Assembly (NCBI RefSeq): GCF_018350175.1
Contig: NC_058383.1
Location: forward strand, 186,001-250,000
Direction: 5' to 3'
From: Felis catus
Taxonomy: Eukaryota
DNA length: 64,000 bases
Shown: positions 1 to 12,000 of the stretch, piece by piece
How positions within the stretch are numbered: the stretch's first letter is position 1
Layout: the number at the start of each line of letters is the position of its first letter
Notes under the pieces: model-generated
Databases searched by the model: none
What the model was told of the DNA's origin: nothing
Seen by the model: the letters and a program-made list of their open reading frames with translations, nothing else
Made by a program: the position numbers and the translations under genes

Positions 1-3000
1 ATTGATGTATGTTCCCTGTAAACCTATATTAGGGGGTTATAATCATGAATGGATGTTGTAGTGTGTCAAATACTTTTTTCTGCATGTATTGAAATGACCG
101 TATTGTTCTTTTCTTTAAACGTTTATTAATTTTGAGAGAGACAGAGTGTGAGGAGGGGAGGGGCAGAAAGAGAATGGGAGACACAGAATTCGATGGAGGC
201 TCTTGGCTCTGAGCTTTCAGCACGGAGTCCAATGCAGGACTTGAACTCACAAATCATGAGGTCATGACCTGAGCTGATGTCGGACCATTAAAAGATTGAG
301 CCACCCAGGTGCCCAGATCGTATGGTTCTTATCCTTTCTCCTGTTGATGTATTGTATCGCATTGATTGTTTGCGAATATTGAACCACCCTTGCACCTTGG
401 GAATAAATCCCATTTAATTGTGGGATATATTTACAGTTGTTATACCTTCTTTTTGGATTGTACCCTTTACTGTTATATAGTGTCCTCCTCTGTCTCGTTA
501 TGTACTTTTTTTTAAGTGTATTTTTTCTGATACAAGTATTGCTACTCCAGCTTTTGTTTTTTCATCCATTCTTACACCCTACGTCTCTAGATTGGAGCAT
601 TCATTCCCTTTACCTTCAAAGAAATGATTGATATGTATGTATGTATTGCCATTTTATTACCTGTTTTCTTGTGGTTTCTAATGATTTTCTCCGATCCTTT
701 CTTGTCTTTCATGTTTTGCTTATTTTCTTTGGTGATACATTTGATTTCTTTATCTTTATTCTTAGCATATTTATGACTGGTTTTAGTATATGGTTACTGT
801 TAGGTGTTTATATAACCTCTTCTGCATTTAGCAGTTGGTATTAAGTTGATGGTCATTTACCTTTGAACCCATTATTTTCTCCTCCCTGGGCTTTTGGTAG
901 ATGTTATTATATTTCAAATCCATTTCTCTGAGTTCCTTAACTGATTTTTTACAGAAATATTCATGTTTTACTTGATTTGTGTCTTTTACCTTTATACTGT
1001 CACTTTTGGTCTCTCCTTTCCACTCAAAGAGACCCTCTTAATATTTCTTACAGGATTGGTTTAGTGGTACAACATCTTTAGTTTTTGTTTGGAAAGTCTG
1101 TGTCTCCTTCCATTCTGAAGGATAGCCTTGCTGGATAGAATATTGTTGGCTGCTGATTTTTCCATTCAGCACTTTGAATGTGTGATGTCACTACCTTCTG
1201 GCTTGCCAAGTTTCTGTTCAGAAATCTGTAGCTAGCCTTATGGGTCTTGCCTTCTAAGTTAAGGTCTCTTTTGTCTTGCTCCTCTTAAGAGTTTTTCTTT
1301 ATTGTCACTGTAATTTGCAAGTTTGCTTACAATATGTCTGGGTGTTGGCCTGATTTTGTTGATTTTTATGGGAGTTCTCTAGTCTCTGGGATGTGGATGT
1401 TTGTTTCCCTCCCCCAATTAGGGAAGTTTTCAGCTATTATTTCCTCAAATAAATCTTCTGCCCCCTTTTCTCTTTCTTCTGGGACTCCTACAATATGAAT
1501 ATTATTACGTTTGCTGTAGTCACTGAGTTCCCTTAGTCTCATCTCACGTTGCAGAATTCTTTTCTCTCTCTCTGATTAATTTCCATTACTCAGTCTTCGA
1601 GGTCACTGGTTTGTTCCTCTGCTTCTTCCATCCCTCTATTCGTTCCAGCAAGCATGTTTCTCCTTTATTGTGTCCTCAGTGTCTACTGTGTTATATCTTA
1701 TCTCTATGTTAGGGGTCTCACTCTTCTACTCATTTTGCAACTCCAATGAGTATCCTTATGATCATTGCTTTAAATTCTGTATCAGGTATATTACTTATAT
1801 CTCTTTGGCTTAGATCTCTGGCTGTGGCTTTGACTAGGTCTTTCATTGTGGATAAACATCTCAGTGTGTCCAGTATGTCTTCCCTCTGGCTCTATTTCTC
1901 TGTGTTAAGAAAGTCAGCTGTGCCTTCTGATCTTGAAATTAATGACTGTATGAAGAAGAGGTCCTGGAGTCCTCAGTAATGCGTGTCTCCATTTATAGGA
2001 CCTGGACCTTCAGGAGGATATCGTATGGGTATTGCTCACTCCCTGCTGTTGTGTCTGGGTTACTTTTCCTTTCAGTGCAGGTGTCTGAACTGATTTTATC
2101 CCTGTTGTGGGCTGTGCTTGCTCTCAGTGGTATTAGTGGGACCCAGGCAGGCCAGTTGTGGGGTGGTATGCCCACTGGGTAACTTGGGAGCAGGGCAGGA
2201 GTGTTAGCAAAATTGCACAAGGCTACTAGTCCTATGCCAGATTTCCCAATATCCTTTGGTGGCTGGGGGCTGTGGGCCAGCGGTGGAAGCTAGAGGCTTG
2301 AGGATATGCACAGAGCATGTCTGTGCCTGGGGACATGTGGCTGGGTGAGACAGGTGAGGGTGCCTGGATGTGCACAGCTGGGTGAGGTGCAGATGTGCAC
2401 AGCGTACTGTGGCAGCTATGCATGCTTGTCAGACAGGGTGCCGTTGTGGTTTTAAGAATGTTTGCCCTGAGATCAGGAGGCTTGGTGTGGTGAGTCCCCC
2501 AGTGAACCCCTGGGACTGGTGCACTGCTAACAGGTTAGGTAGCAAGTGTCGGTGCAGCCTCACCCACTGGTGGGTGCTTCTATGCTTATTCTGGGAGGCT
2601 GGGGGAGAAGAATGGTGCCTGTGAGCTCCCTCATTGTTGAAGTCCTCCTGACACTCAGGAATCAGCATGAATACATCTGTCTCCTGTTGCCTTGGCATTG
2701 TGTAAAATGCCACGTTTATATTGCCTCTCTACACAGGCAGGGACCTGGCTAGCACTCATCCTCCTGGATCACCCAGTGCTGGGTCAGCTGACCTCCAAAG
2801 CTCCTGGATCTAAAGTCAAGGAAATTCAGCCCCTCTGGGTTTTAATGCCAAATGTTATGGAGATTAGTCTTCTCTGTGTGAGCTCCCTGGTGTGAGGGCT
2901 CACTTTCTCTGCCCTCTCTGCAGGCAGCCAGCCTCCACCTTTCTGACATTCCTAACCTTTCTGATGCAGCTTCTCTCTATTTAGGTGTGGAGTTTGTTCT

Positions 3001-3100
3001 GCCAGTCTTTGGATCGCTCTCTGGTTCATGGACTTGGATGTGGATGTTATGTAGTTGAACACATGGGACAGGGTGAGCTGATGTCCTCTTACTCTGCTAT
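1..3100 (-). mobile_element. Decayed L1 (ORF2 pieces, ORF1, 5'UTR) with internal deletions
   Basis: Minus strand has L1 ORF2-type sequence (1-620) and ORF1-type sequence (~1000-1900, e.g. ggaagttttcagctattatttcctcaaataa). A GC-richer 5' region ends near tcctcttactctgcta (~3084-3100), typical of carnivore L1 5' ends. No long ORF remains. Confidence 0.8.
111..315 (-). mobile_element. CAN-SINE (SINEC)
   Basis: tRNA-derived head (gagccacccaggtgccc on +), GA-rich tract and A-tail. Degenerate TSD gaccgtattgttctt (96-110) / gatcgtatggttctt (316-330). Confidence 0.92.
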
Positions 3101-3849
3101 TATTAAGTTTTTAAATGTCTTATTATTTTGTATTTTTGAGACATGGGCAGGCAGACTCATAGCACCCATGCACTTCAGGATTTGAAAGGAACTTTCCAAC
3201 ATGTGCTTCTAGTATTTTATGTTTTGAAACTCTCTTTAATGAAGGATAATTTACATATAACAAATAGCCTCAAGTTAAAGGGTATAATTTGGTGAGACAT
3301 GAGGGTACAGGACCATGGGTACAGGACCATGAAATCATATGGTTTCTCCCTAAACCTTCCATCACGATCCCTTTGTGTCTAAGGTCATGTTGCTTTTGAA
3401 GTAAGGACTACTTTTTTTTTTTCAGATATTGCCCAGGTGTCTGAAAGCCTGCATTGGGGTACCTCCTTTTCCAATAGTCTATATTCCCATAAGTATTGCA
3501 GTCGGTCTACTTTGGACTTTTGCTTCTATTGTATCTCTCTGTATGTTCACATACTTTTGTTGCACCACTTTAATGATGAGGCCTTCATCATCACTTTAAT
3601 TTTCACTAAATGGTATGAGCTGCAGTTCCATTTATGACAAAGTGCAGGCTTCCTGTGTTAGGTATTCAAGAGCAAGCCAGATATCCTGAGCACTTGAGCT
3701 GAGAATGTCACTCTGTCTTTTTGCCAGCCCTCTTCCTTTCCCTTGAAGACAAGAATCTCCTGTTGTTCACACAGAAATGTGGGTGAAGTCAGTAGAAAAC
3801 ACTGCCTTCTCTCCTCTTCCCTTTATCTCTCAAACTCCTCTTCACTACC

Positions 3850-6800
3850 TTCTGCCTTTCCCTTTCTCTGACTCAATCTTCCAGGCCCACTGCTCCACTC
3901 CAGCCATAATCAGGGTGTCCTACAGCTGCTGGCCTCTGCCCTGTCCATCCCTCAGTGAGAAATCTGGAGTAGGATTATGGAGTTCACAGGACTGATCAAG
4001 AAATATGTGATCCTCAGAGCCCTCCTGCACAAGGTTGCTGTCTGTGGAGACATGGCATCCTGGGTGAGGATCTGACTCTATGTGTAGCCTCCTCACTCAT
4101 CTCCCACAGTCACTGCTGGTCCCTGATCCTTACCCACCATTAGAAATCAGCCATATTCTAGGGTCAGGAACCTGTCTATGTGACCCGAAGCACCAGGAGT
4201 CAGTGAGTATTTCTAAAATAAATGAGCACAAGGACCCCATGCATCTAGATATAGGAAATTACCATCACCCCAGAAAACTCGGGCTCCTCTGCACAAAGGG
4301 TGATCTTGCTACTATCCTCCATCACCTCAATTTCTGCTAGTTTATTACCTGTGTGTATACGAACCGCACTGTGTGCATTCGATGGGGAGTGAGAGTAGGT
4401 CCTCCTAGAAGCAAACACTGAAACAGAGACAGAACAGTGAAAGTACTATTAAGGGATACTAAGAAAAACAAAGTGGAGAGCACCGGGTGGGCAGAGAAAG
4501 CATGCAGGCAGATCTGACACATTTTTAAGATATATAATCACCATACTCTGTCAGCTCACACAGTCCTCTTCAAATTTCAAAATAGTTGTCATATAAGGCA
4601 GTGAGATTTATGAGATTTGGGGTTATTTCCCTATGGTCATATGTTTTCCTACCTGCATTCCCTCTTCGATAGTTAATCTGTGGCCTCAGATGAACACTTT
4701 AGAGTGTGGATGCATCTGCGAGTCTCTATGTAATGGAATATGATTGTCTTCAGATCTCAGATGTAGAACTCTGATATATACATTCTCATAATTATCATTT
4801 TCTTTCTTTGCCTGGTAGGGCCTGAATTTTAATAGAAAAAGCATGTCTTTGTCTCATTGTTTAAAATGGTGATTCCCAATCCCTTGGCTGAGGTGTTAAC
4901 AGTCTTAATTTAATGAATTTCCACAACCATCTGTTTTTTTTTTTCCTGAAGTACCAAAATGAACTTATTATTTCACTTGTAGGCAGGTTCTATAGAATGG
5001 AGTCAAAGTAAAACAATAAAATGCATATTCAGTGCATGTGAAATAGGTACATATTCTACATATAGTCATGCAAAAACTTTAGTTAAAAAATTAAAAGTCT
5101 GATCTAAAATGAAATCAGTCTGTGATTGCCTAGTAGAAATGCTTAGCTCCTACTATGTAAATATCATGAATCTATATGAACTATTAAAATTTGACAGTCA
5201 GTAGACAACTGTGTCCTACATTTATGTTTATTAAAAACTGACATAAACAAACAAAGCCTGTACAAAAAATATTCCAAATCACGTATCACTTTGAAATAGT
5301 AATCTTGAGAGACATTATCGCCTAGGACCCCCTCTTCCTCTACCCCAACCACGTCCTCTTCCTCTTCCTCGGCCTCAGCCTCTTCCTGCAACAGCTTCCC
5401 TTTTCTTAGATTTCACCTTCGGTTCAACATCCAGAAGTAGTGTATCCAGAGGTAAGCTGTCTGGCAGTATAAAATATCAAATGTTATTTCCTCGAATACT
5501 CAGTGTTTCCAATTATACTGGTTCTCTATCCTTCAAAGTCATTTTCACTGCTTTAAGATGTGTATTCATTCTGACATCTACATCTGTGATTGTTCCATGG
5601 ACCTGTGTTCCATTCTTTAATTCAACGGTTACGGTTTCATAACTCAATTTCATCAAAAATCTTATGAGCTTCATCCTAGTGGTGCCGGCACTCTTTCAGT
5701 CGGGTAGCGCACAAAACGCAACCACCCAAGTCCAAAAAGCCTAGGAGTATGACCGTGACCATCTGTTTTTGATGATCATTTGTGTGGAGATATCTTAATT
5801 GAAACTGTGAGAAGGGTGAGTGGACATTTCACAGACATTTTGCAGATGCATTCTGTGTTCAATGTCTTCTTTTTATTATGCCCTTAGAAACAAATATTAC
5901 CTCTGTTTCACAGATAACACAGCTCAGGCTCTGTGTAGGTCCCAGTGAGAATTGGTATTCTGGCTGAGACAGCAGGAACACAGGTAAATCCTCGGGATAT
6001 TGTGAGAAAAGTTTAAGGAGATAGATGCAAAGCTGTAGTCAGGGTGATGTCGGGTCCAGCAGGGGTGGCATCTGGCCAGCCCTGAACTGTAGGTTGACCG
6101 AGGCTGAAGGCTAATGCAGGCTCTCAGCTGATCTAGATCCTGTCTTCACTTTTAGTCTCACTGAGGGATGTGAACTTAGGCAGACAAGGATTTCCTTAAG
6201 ACCAAGCTAAATTTCCTATATGTCCAGGGCACTTTCTCACCCACAAATATCCAGAACCTTCAGACAACATGGGGAGACAGCAACCTTTTTAGATGATGAC
6301 CTAGGTGCACTTTGACAAAAATGACATTTCGGAGATGAACCCTGCATTGTGCACTGAGAGTGATCCCACATAGCAGCTCCATGTGGAACTCATGCTCCCT
6401 GCTCAGGCTGTGGTCAGGAATGGCCTGCAACTGCATCTCACTGACCCCAAGACCCTCCCCTTTTCACCTCCTCAAACTCTGCTTACTGTCCTCAATTTCC
6501 CTTCTATTCCTGTGTGATTCAAGTTTCCCCCATTCCTTCACAGGTGCTTCCAGGTGGTGAACACAAGGTCTGTGTTATATAATGCATGTGCCCCATTTCA
6601 CACAGGACACCTGAGGCACCTACACTTAGGAGTGCATCTCATCCTTCACAGAACTCAAAACATGTGTAAAGTGTGCACAACTACTCATGATACATCTGCC
6701 TTTGTGTAAAAATCCTCTTTCTTTTTGACAAGAGAAACATAGCTGACCTCATTACATGGAAATGACACAGCACATTGTACATACATCCTGAGAAGCTTGA

Positions 6801-7080
6801 GATATGTTACACTGTCCTCAGGCAGGTTTGCAATTGAATTGCCAAGCCCTCACAACCATCTCTACGACATTCCCACCAAGTCTTTCCTGAAAAAGATGAA
6901 TATGCTTTACAAGTCCCTCATCCACTTCAGGTCATCTTACCAAATGGTTGAGGTGGGGGGGGGGGGTCATAGCCCATGACTGGTGATGAAGGATGGTCCA
7001 TAGGGTAAGACATGCAAAGCGGTCATGGGTAAGGACCAGGCTCTCTTGTATACATAATGGCCCACAGAACGTAAATTAAA
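3850..7080. repeat. Unidentified low-copy duplicated module, copy 1 (carries the SNRPD1 retrocopy)
   Basis: Colinear shared blocks with 50780-53730, e.g. cctctgccct..ccatccctca, acaaagtggag...gggtgggcag.gaaagcat, ctgagacagcagga, acttaggcagacaag, atccagaaccttcaga, ctaggtgcactttg, aaatgacacagc. Confidence 0.8.
4939..5757 (-). pseudogene. SNRPD1: Processed pseudogene of small nuclear ribonucleoprotein Sm D1 (CDS remnant 5674-5315)
   Basis: Minus-strand translation from ATG at 5674: [116 protein letters not shown]. Intronless, 360 nt, three in-frame stops. Has both UTRs, a poly(A) remnant (T-run 4934-4944) and a 13-bp TSD accatctgttttt (4926-4938 / 5758-5770). Confidence 0.97.
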
Positions 7081-7089
7081 GGTATAACG

Positions 7090-8989
7090 TTTACGAGGCT
7101 GTGTCATCCCCCTCTTTCCGAATAGTAGGATTAGCATTCTCATTTTTTCAGTAGAGCATTTAGGTGCTGAGCCTTAAGAGAGAAGTTTGGAATTCAGTTT
7201 TGAGAGTAGACAGCCATCCAAGAAAGCCTTGTAATTGGCTCTTAGTTTTAGGTTGTGGGAGATTGTGGATGCCTTCAGTCTGCCTGGGTCCAGATGTGGG
7301 CCTTGTTCTGAGAACAGGTGAGCTAAATACCTAACCTGAGTTTGAGCAAACTACAGTTTTTCTTTGGAGACTTTATGGGCTTAAGTTGTAAAACAAAAAG
7401 TTTTCCCAGGGGGGTGCTGTCTTCGTGTGAAGAGGCATGAGCAGGGAAGCAGAGAAACAAATCATCTACACATTGTAACAAAATAGAGCCTGCAGAACAC
7501 TTTCCATCATCCAAATCAGCCTTTAAGGTTTGTGGGAAACATGAAGCACTCTGTGAAACCCAGGGAGGTTGCAGTCCAGATGTATTGTCATTCATTCCCT
7601 GCAAGTGAAGGCAAAAGGATACCGGCTATCCTTATAAACTGGAATGCTAAAAACTACACCACATAGGTCAAGTACATTGAAAACTTTGCTTTCAATGGGA
7701 GTCGATTGTAGGTAGAGTGTGAAGTTTGGGAAGAAGGGGATGTCGAGGGATTACAGTGCTATTTATTTCTCGGACGTCTTGGACAAAATAATATCCTCAG
7801 CAGTTGGGTTTTCTCACAGGTATAATAGAGGTGTTATATGGACTACTGCAGGGGATTATGAGGCCATGAGCCTTGTAACATTCTATTATGATGTTGATGC
7901 ATTGAAGGCCTTCTTAAATTACAGGATATTGATTAATTCTAGGGAGAAGTTTTGCAGGACCGATTTGAATCTTGACGGGGGGTACACGCTGGATTCTGCC
8001 AAGATCAGTTGAAGATTTTGCCCATAACGAGGATGGAAGCTGATCCAACAGGAATAAATGATCAGTACCTCCAGACTCAGCTATAGGACCAGCACAGACA
8101 CGGCACAGAAAAGGTGCCAAAGGATCCTGTTATCCCTTTTTGCTATTTTGGTTACTGTTGTCAAATTCTAGAATTATTTTTCCCTTTTGGGCAAAAGAAA
8201 TTCCAGCATGGTATTTTTCTAAGAAATCTCAGTCCAGGTAATCAATACGGGTCGAAGAACTAAGGAGAATAGGGTGTATATCTCTCAAAGGGCCTTGATC
8301 AAAGGGAATAGGTTCAGAGGTAGGAACGTGTTGAAATCTAATAGATCCCCCCTAATTGAGCTGTTTTTGTACCCCGAGGCTAAGGCTTCTTTATAGCACT
8401 CGGGTTAGTTGCAGCTTCAGTAAAGACAGAGATACATTCATTCCCAATCTGGAGAGTAGTTTCGCCAAAGAGATTAAGACGGAGGTTTGGGAAGGGCTCC
8501 GTGGTTCCTTGGAATCCCATCTTTGGGAATTGGGAGGACATTGAAAAGGTTGGAAAGAGGGCTGCAGGGCCTTGAAGCTCTTAAATTTATAACCATCGTT
8601 TTTCAATGTCCTAGTTCTTGCAGTCACAGCAGGAACTAGACTTCTAGTTTCGGGGGGGGGTCTTTATTTGCTGGAGTTGAGCATTGAAAATTTAATAGTC
8701 TTTCCACTAGATGACTCATCTTGGGTATGAGCAAAGTGATTTTCCAGGTTAATTAAACCTGGAGTAGACATAGTTTCCCATTCTATTCTTGGTCCTTTTA
8801 ACTAAAAGGGAAAGGTCCCAGACTAGCACATTAATAAACATAGATCTAAAGGAGGAGCAGAGTTAATTAAAGACAATTTAGAGTCAAAGGTGATAATCGT
8901 GAACAGATTCATGAGGCTTTTTTTGGTATAAGACTGAAATTTCTTTCAACCTTCAGGCTTAGGAAAAGCCGTTAAAATTGTTTAGTGGA
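7090..8989 (-). mobile_element. Endogenous retrovirus (ERV1/gamma-like) gag-pro-pol remnant
   Basis: ORF 7323..7604 contains LKADLDD...ILLQCVDDLFLC (decayed RT YVDD motif). Followed by VRYLAHLFSEQGPHLDP-type RT sequence. Protease-like stretch ~8000-8400 and gag C-terminal IEWETMSTPGLINLEN near 8740-8790. Frameshifted and contains stops. Confidence 0.82.
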
Positions 8990-9020
8990 AGGGCATCTGG
9001 GTGGCTCAGTCGGTTAAGCT
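8990..9020 (+). mobile_element. SINE head only, fused to L1
   Basis: gggcatctgggtggctcagtcggttaagc runs directly into minus-strand L1 ORF2 sequence. Confidence 0.8.
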
Positions 9021-12000
9021 CTTTATCTTGTTGAGGTCCCAATGGTTCATTTTTGCTTTTATTTCCCTTGCCTCCAGAGACATGTCAAGTTAGTAGTTGC
9101 TGTGGCCAAGGTCAAAGAGGTTTTTGCCTGCTTTCTCCTCTAGGATTGTGATGACTTCCTGCGTTACGTTTAGGTCTTCCATCCGTTCTGAGTTTGCTTT
9201 TGTGTATGGTGTAAGGAAGTGGTCCAGTTTCATCTTTTGCATGTCGCTCTCCAGTTTTCCCAGCACCATTTGCTGGAGAGACTTTTTTCCATTGGATCTT
9301 CTTTCCTGCTTTGTCAAAGATTAGTTGGCCATACGTTTGTGTGTCAATTTCTGGGTTCTCTATTTGTTTCCGTTGATCTATGTATCTGCTTTTGTGCCAG
9401 TACCATACTGTGTTGATGATTACAGCTCTGTGATACATCCTTAGGTCCGAACTTGTGGTACCTCCATTCTCCTTTCTTTGTCAGGATTGCTTCGGCTATT
9501 TGGGGTCTTTTCTGGTTCCATATAAATTTTAGGGATTTTGTTGTAGCTCTGTGAAGAATGCTGGAGTTATTTTGATAGGGATCACATTGAATATGTAGAT
9601 TTCTTTGGGTAGTGTCAACACTTTAACAATATTTGTTCTTTCAATCCATGAGCATGGAATATTTTTCCATTTTTTGGTGTCTTCTCCAATTTCTTTCACA
9701 AGCTTTCTATAGTTTTCAGTGTATGGATTTTTCACCCCTGTGGTTAGGTTTATCCCTAGATATTTTATGGTTTTTGGTGCAATTGTAAACGGAATCAATT
9801 TCTTGATTCTCTTTCTGCTGCTTCTTTATTGGTGTATAGGAATCCAACCGATTTCTGTGCATTGATTTTATATTCTGCGACTTTGCTGAATTCATGGATC
9901 AGTTCTAGCCGTGTTTTTGGTGGAATCTTTTGGATTTTCCACAAAGAATATCTTATCAACTGCAAAGACTGAAATTTTGACTTCCTCCTCGCCGATTTGG
10001 CTGCCTTTTATTTCTCTGTGTTGTCTGATTGCTGAGGCTAGGATTTCCAACACTACGCTGAATAAGAGTGGTGAGCATGGACATCCTTGTCAGGTTCCTG
10101 ACCTTAAGGGGAAAGGTCTCAGTTTTTCCCCATTGAGTGTGATATTAGAAGTGGGTCTTTTGTATCTAGCTTTTATGATCTTGAGGTATGATCCTTCTAT
10201 GCCTCCTTTCTTGAGGGCTTTTATCAAGAGAGGATGCTGTATTTTGTCAGATTCATTCTCTGCATCTATTGAGAGGATCAAGTGGTTCTTTTTCTTTCTT
10301 TTATTAATGTTATGTATCACATAGGTTGATTTGCAGATATTGAACCAGGCTTGCATCCCAGGCATAAATCCCACTTTGTCGTTGTGAATAATTCTTTTAA
10401 TGTATTGTTGGATCTGCTTGGCTAGTATCTTGTTGAGAATTTTTGCATCCATGTTAATCAGGGAAATTGGTCTGTAGTTCTTTTAAGTGGGGTCTTTGTC
10501 TGGTTTTGGAATCAAGGTAATGCTGGCCTCAGAGAATGAGTTTGGTAGCTTGTCCTCCATTTCTAATTTTTGGGAAAGCTTCAAAAGATTAGGTGTTAAC
10601 TCTTCTTTAAATGTTTTTGGTAGAGTTCCCCTGGAAAGCCATCCGGCGGCCCTGGACTCTTGGTTTTGGGAGATTTTTGATTAATAATCCACTTTCTTTG
10701 CTGGTGATGGGTCTATTCAAATGTTCTATTTCTTCCTGTTTCACTTTTGGTAGCTTATATGTTTCTGGGAATTTCTCCATTTCTTCTAGATTTCCCAATT
10801 AAATGGCATATAATTACTCATCATATTCTCTTAAGATTGTTTTTTTTATTTCTGCAGTGTTGTGATCTCTTCTCTTTCATTCTTAACTGTATTTATTTGG
10901 GTCCTTTCCTTTTTTTGTTGTCATCAATCTGGCTAGGTTTTTATCAATTTTGTTGCTTCTTTCAAGGAACCAGCTCCTGGTTTTACTGATCGGTTCTGTT
11001 TTCTTGACTTTGGTATCATTGGTTTCTGCTCAAATCTTTATTTTTTCCCTTCTTCTACCTGTTTTGGGCTTTATTTTCTGTTCTTTCTCCAACTCTTTAA
11101 TGTGTAAGGTTAGGTTGTGTATTTGAGACCTTCCTTCTTTAGGAAGGCCTGGATTTCTATATACTTCCCTATTATGACTATCTTTGCTGCATCCCAGAGG
11201 TTTCAGGCTGTTGTGTTATCATTTTCATTGGCTTCCGTGTACGTTTTAATTTCCTCCTTAATGTTTTGGTTAGCCCATTCATTCTTTAGTAGGGTGTTCT
11301 TTACTCTCAAAGTTTTTGTGGGGTTTCCAACTTTTATCTTATGGTTGATTTTGAGATTCATAACATTGTGATCTGAAACTATGCATGGTATAATCTTGAT
11401 CCTTTTATTCTTGTTGAGGGCTGATTTGTGACCCAGTAAAGTAATCCATTCTGGAGAATGTTCCATGTACACTGAAGAAGAATGTGTATTCTTCTCCTTT
11501 AGGAAGAAATGTTCTGAATATGTCTGTTAAGTCCATCTGGTCCAGTGTATCATTCAAAGCCATTGTTTCCTTGTTGATTTTCTACTTAGATGATCTGTCC
11601 ATTGTTGTAAATGGGGAGTTGAAGTCCCCTACTATTATGGTATTATTATCAAAAAGTGTCTTTGTGTTTGTGATTAATTGATTTATATATTTGGGTGCTC
11701 TCACATTGGGGGTTTAAACGTTTACATTTGTTAGCTCTTCTTGGTGGGTAGTCCTCTTAATTATTATATAATGCCCTTCTTCGTCTCTTTGCACAGTCTT
11801 TATTTTAAAATCTAGTTTGTCTGATATCAGTATGGCTACTCGCTGTTTCTTTTGGCGACCATCAGCATGATAGATCCCCTTACTTTCTATCTGAAGGTGT
11901 TCTCAATCCCCTTACTTTCAATCTGAAGGTGTCTTTAGGTCTAAAATGGGTCTCTTGTAAACAGCCTATACAGAGATTTTATTTTCTTATCTGTTCTCAT

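Noticed and set aside
5164..5391. Acidic [18 protein letters not shown]
   Set aside because: An alternative frame of the SNRPD1 GR-repeat tail and 3'UTR.
11870..11935. ~32-bp tandem duplication in L1 (also the 14-bp duplication at ~3303-3330)
   Set aside because: Ordinary slippage in neutral sequence.
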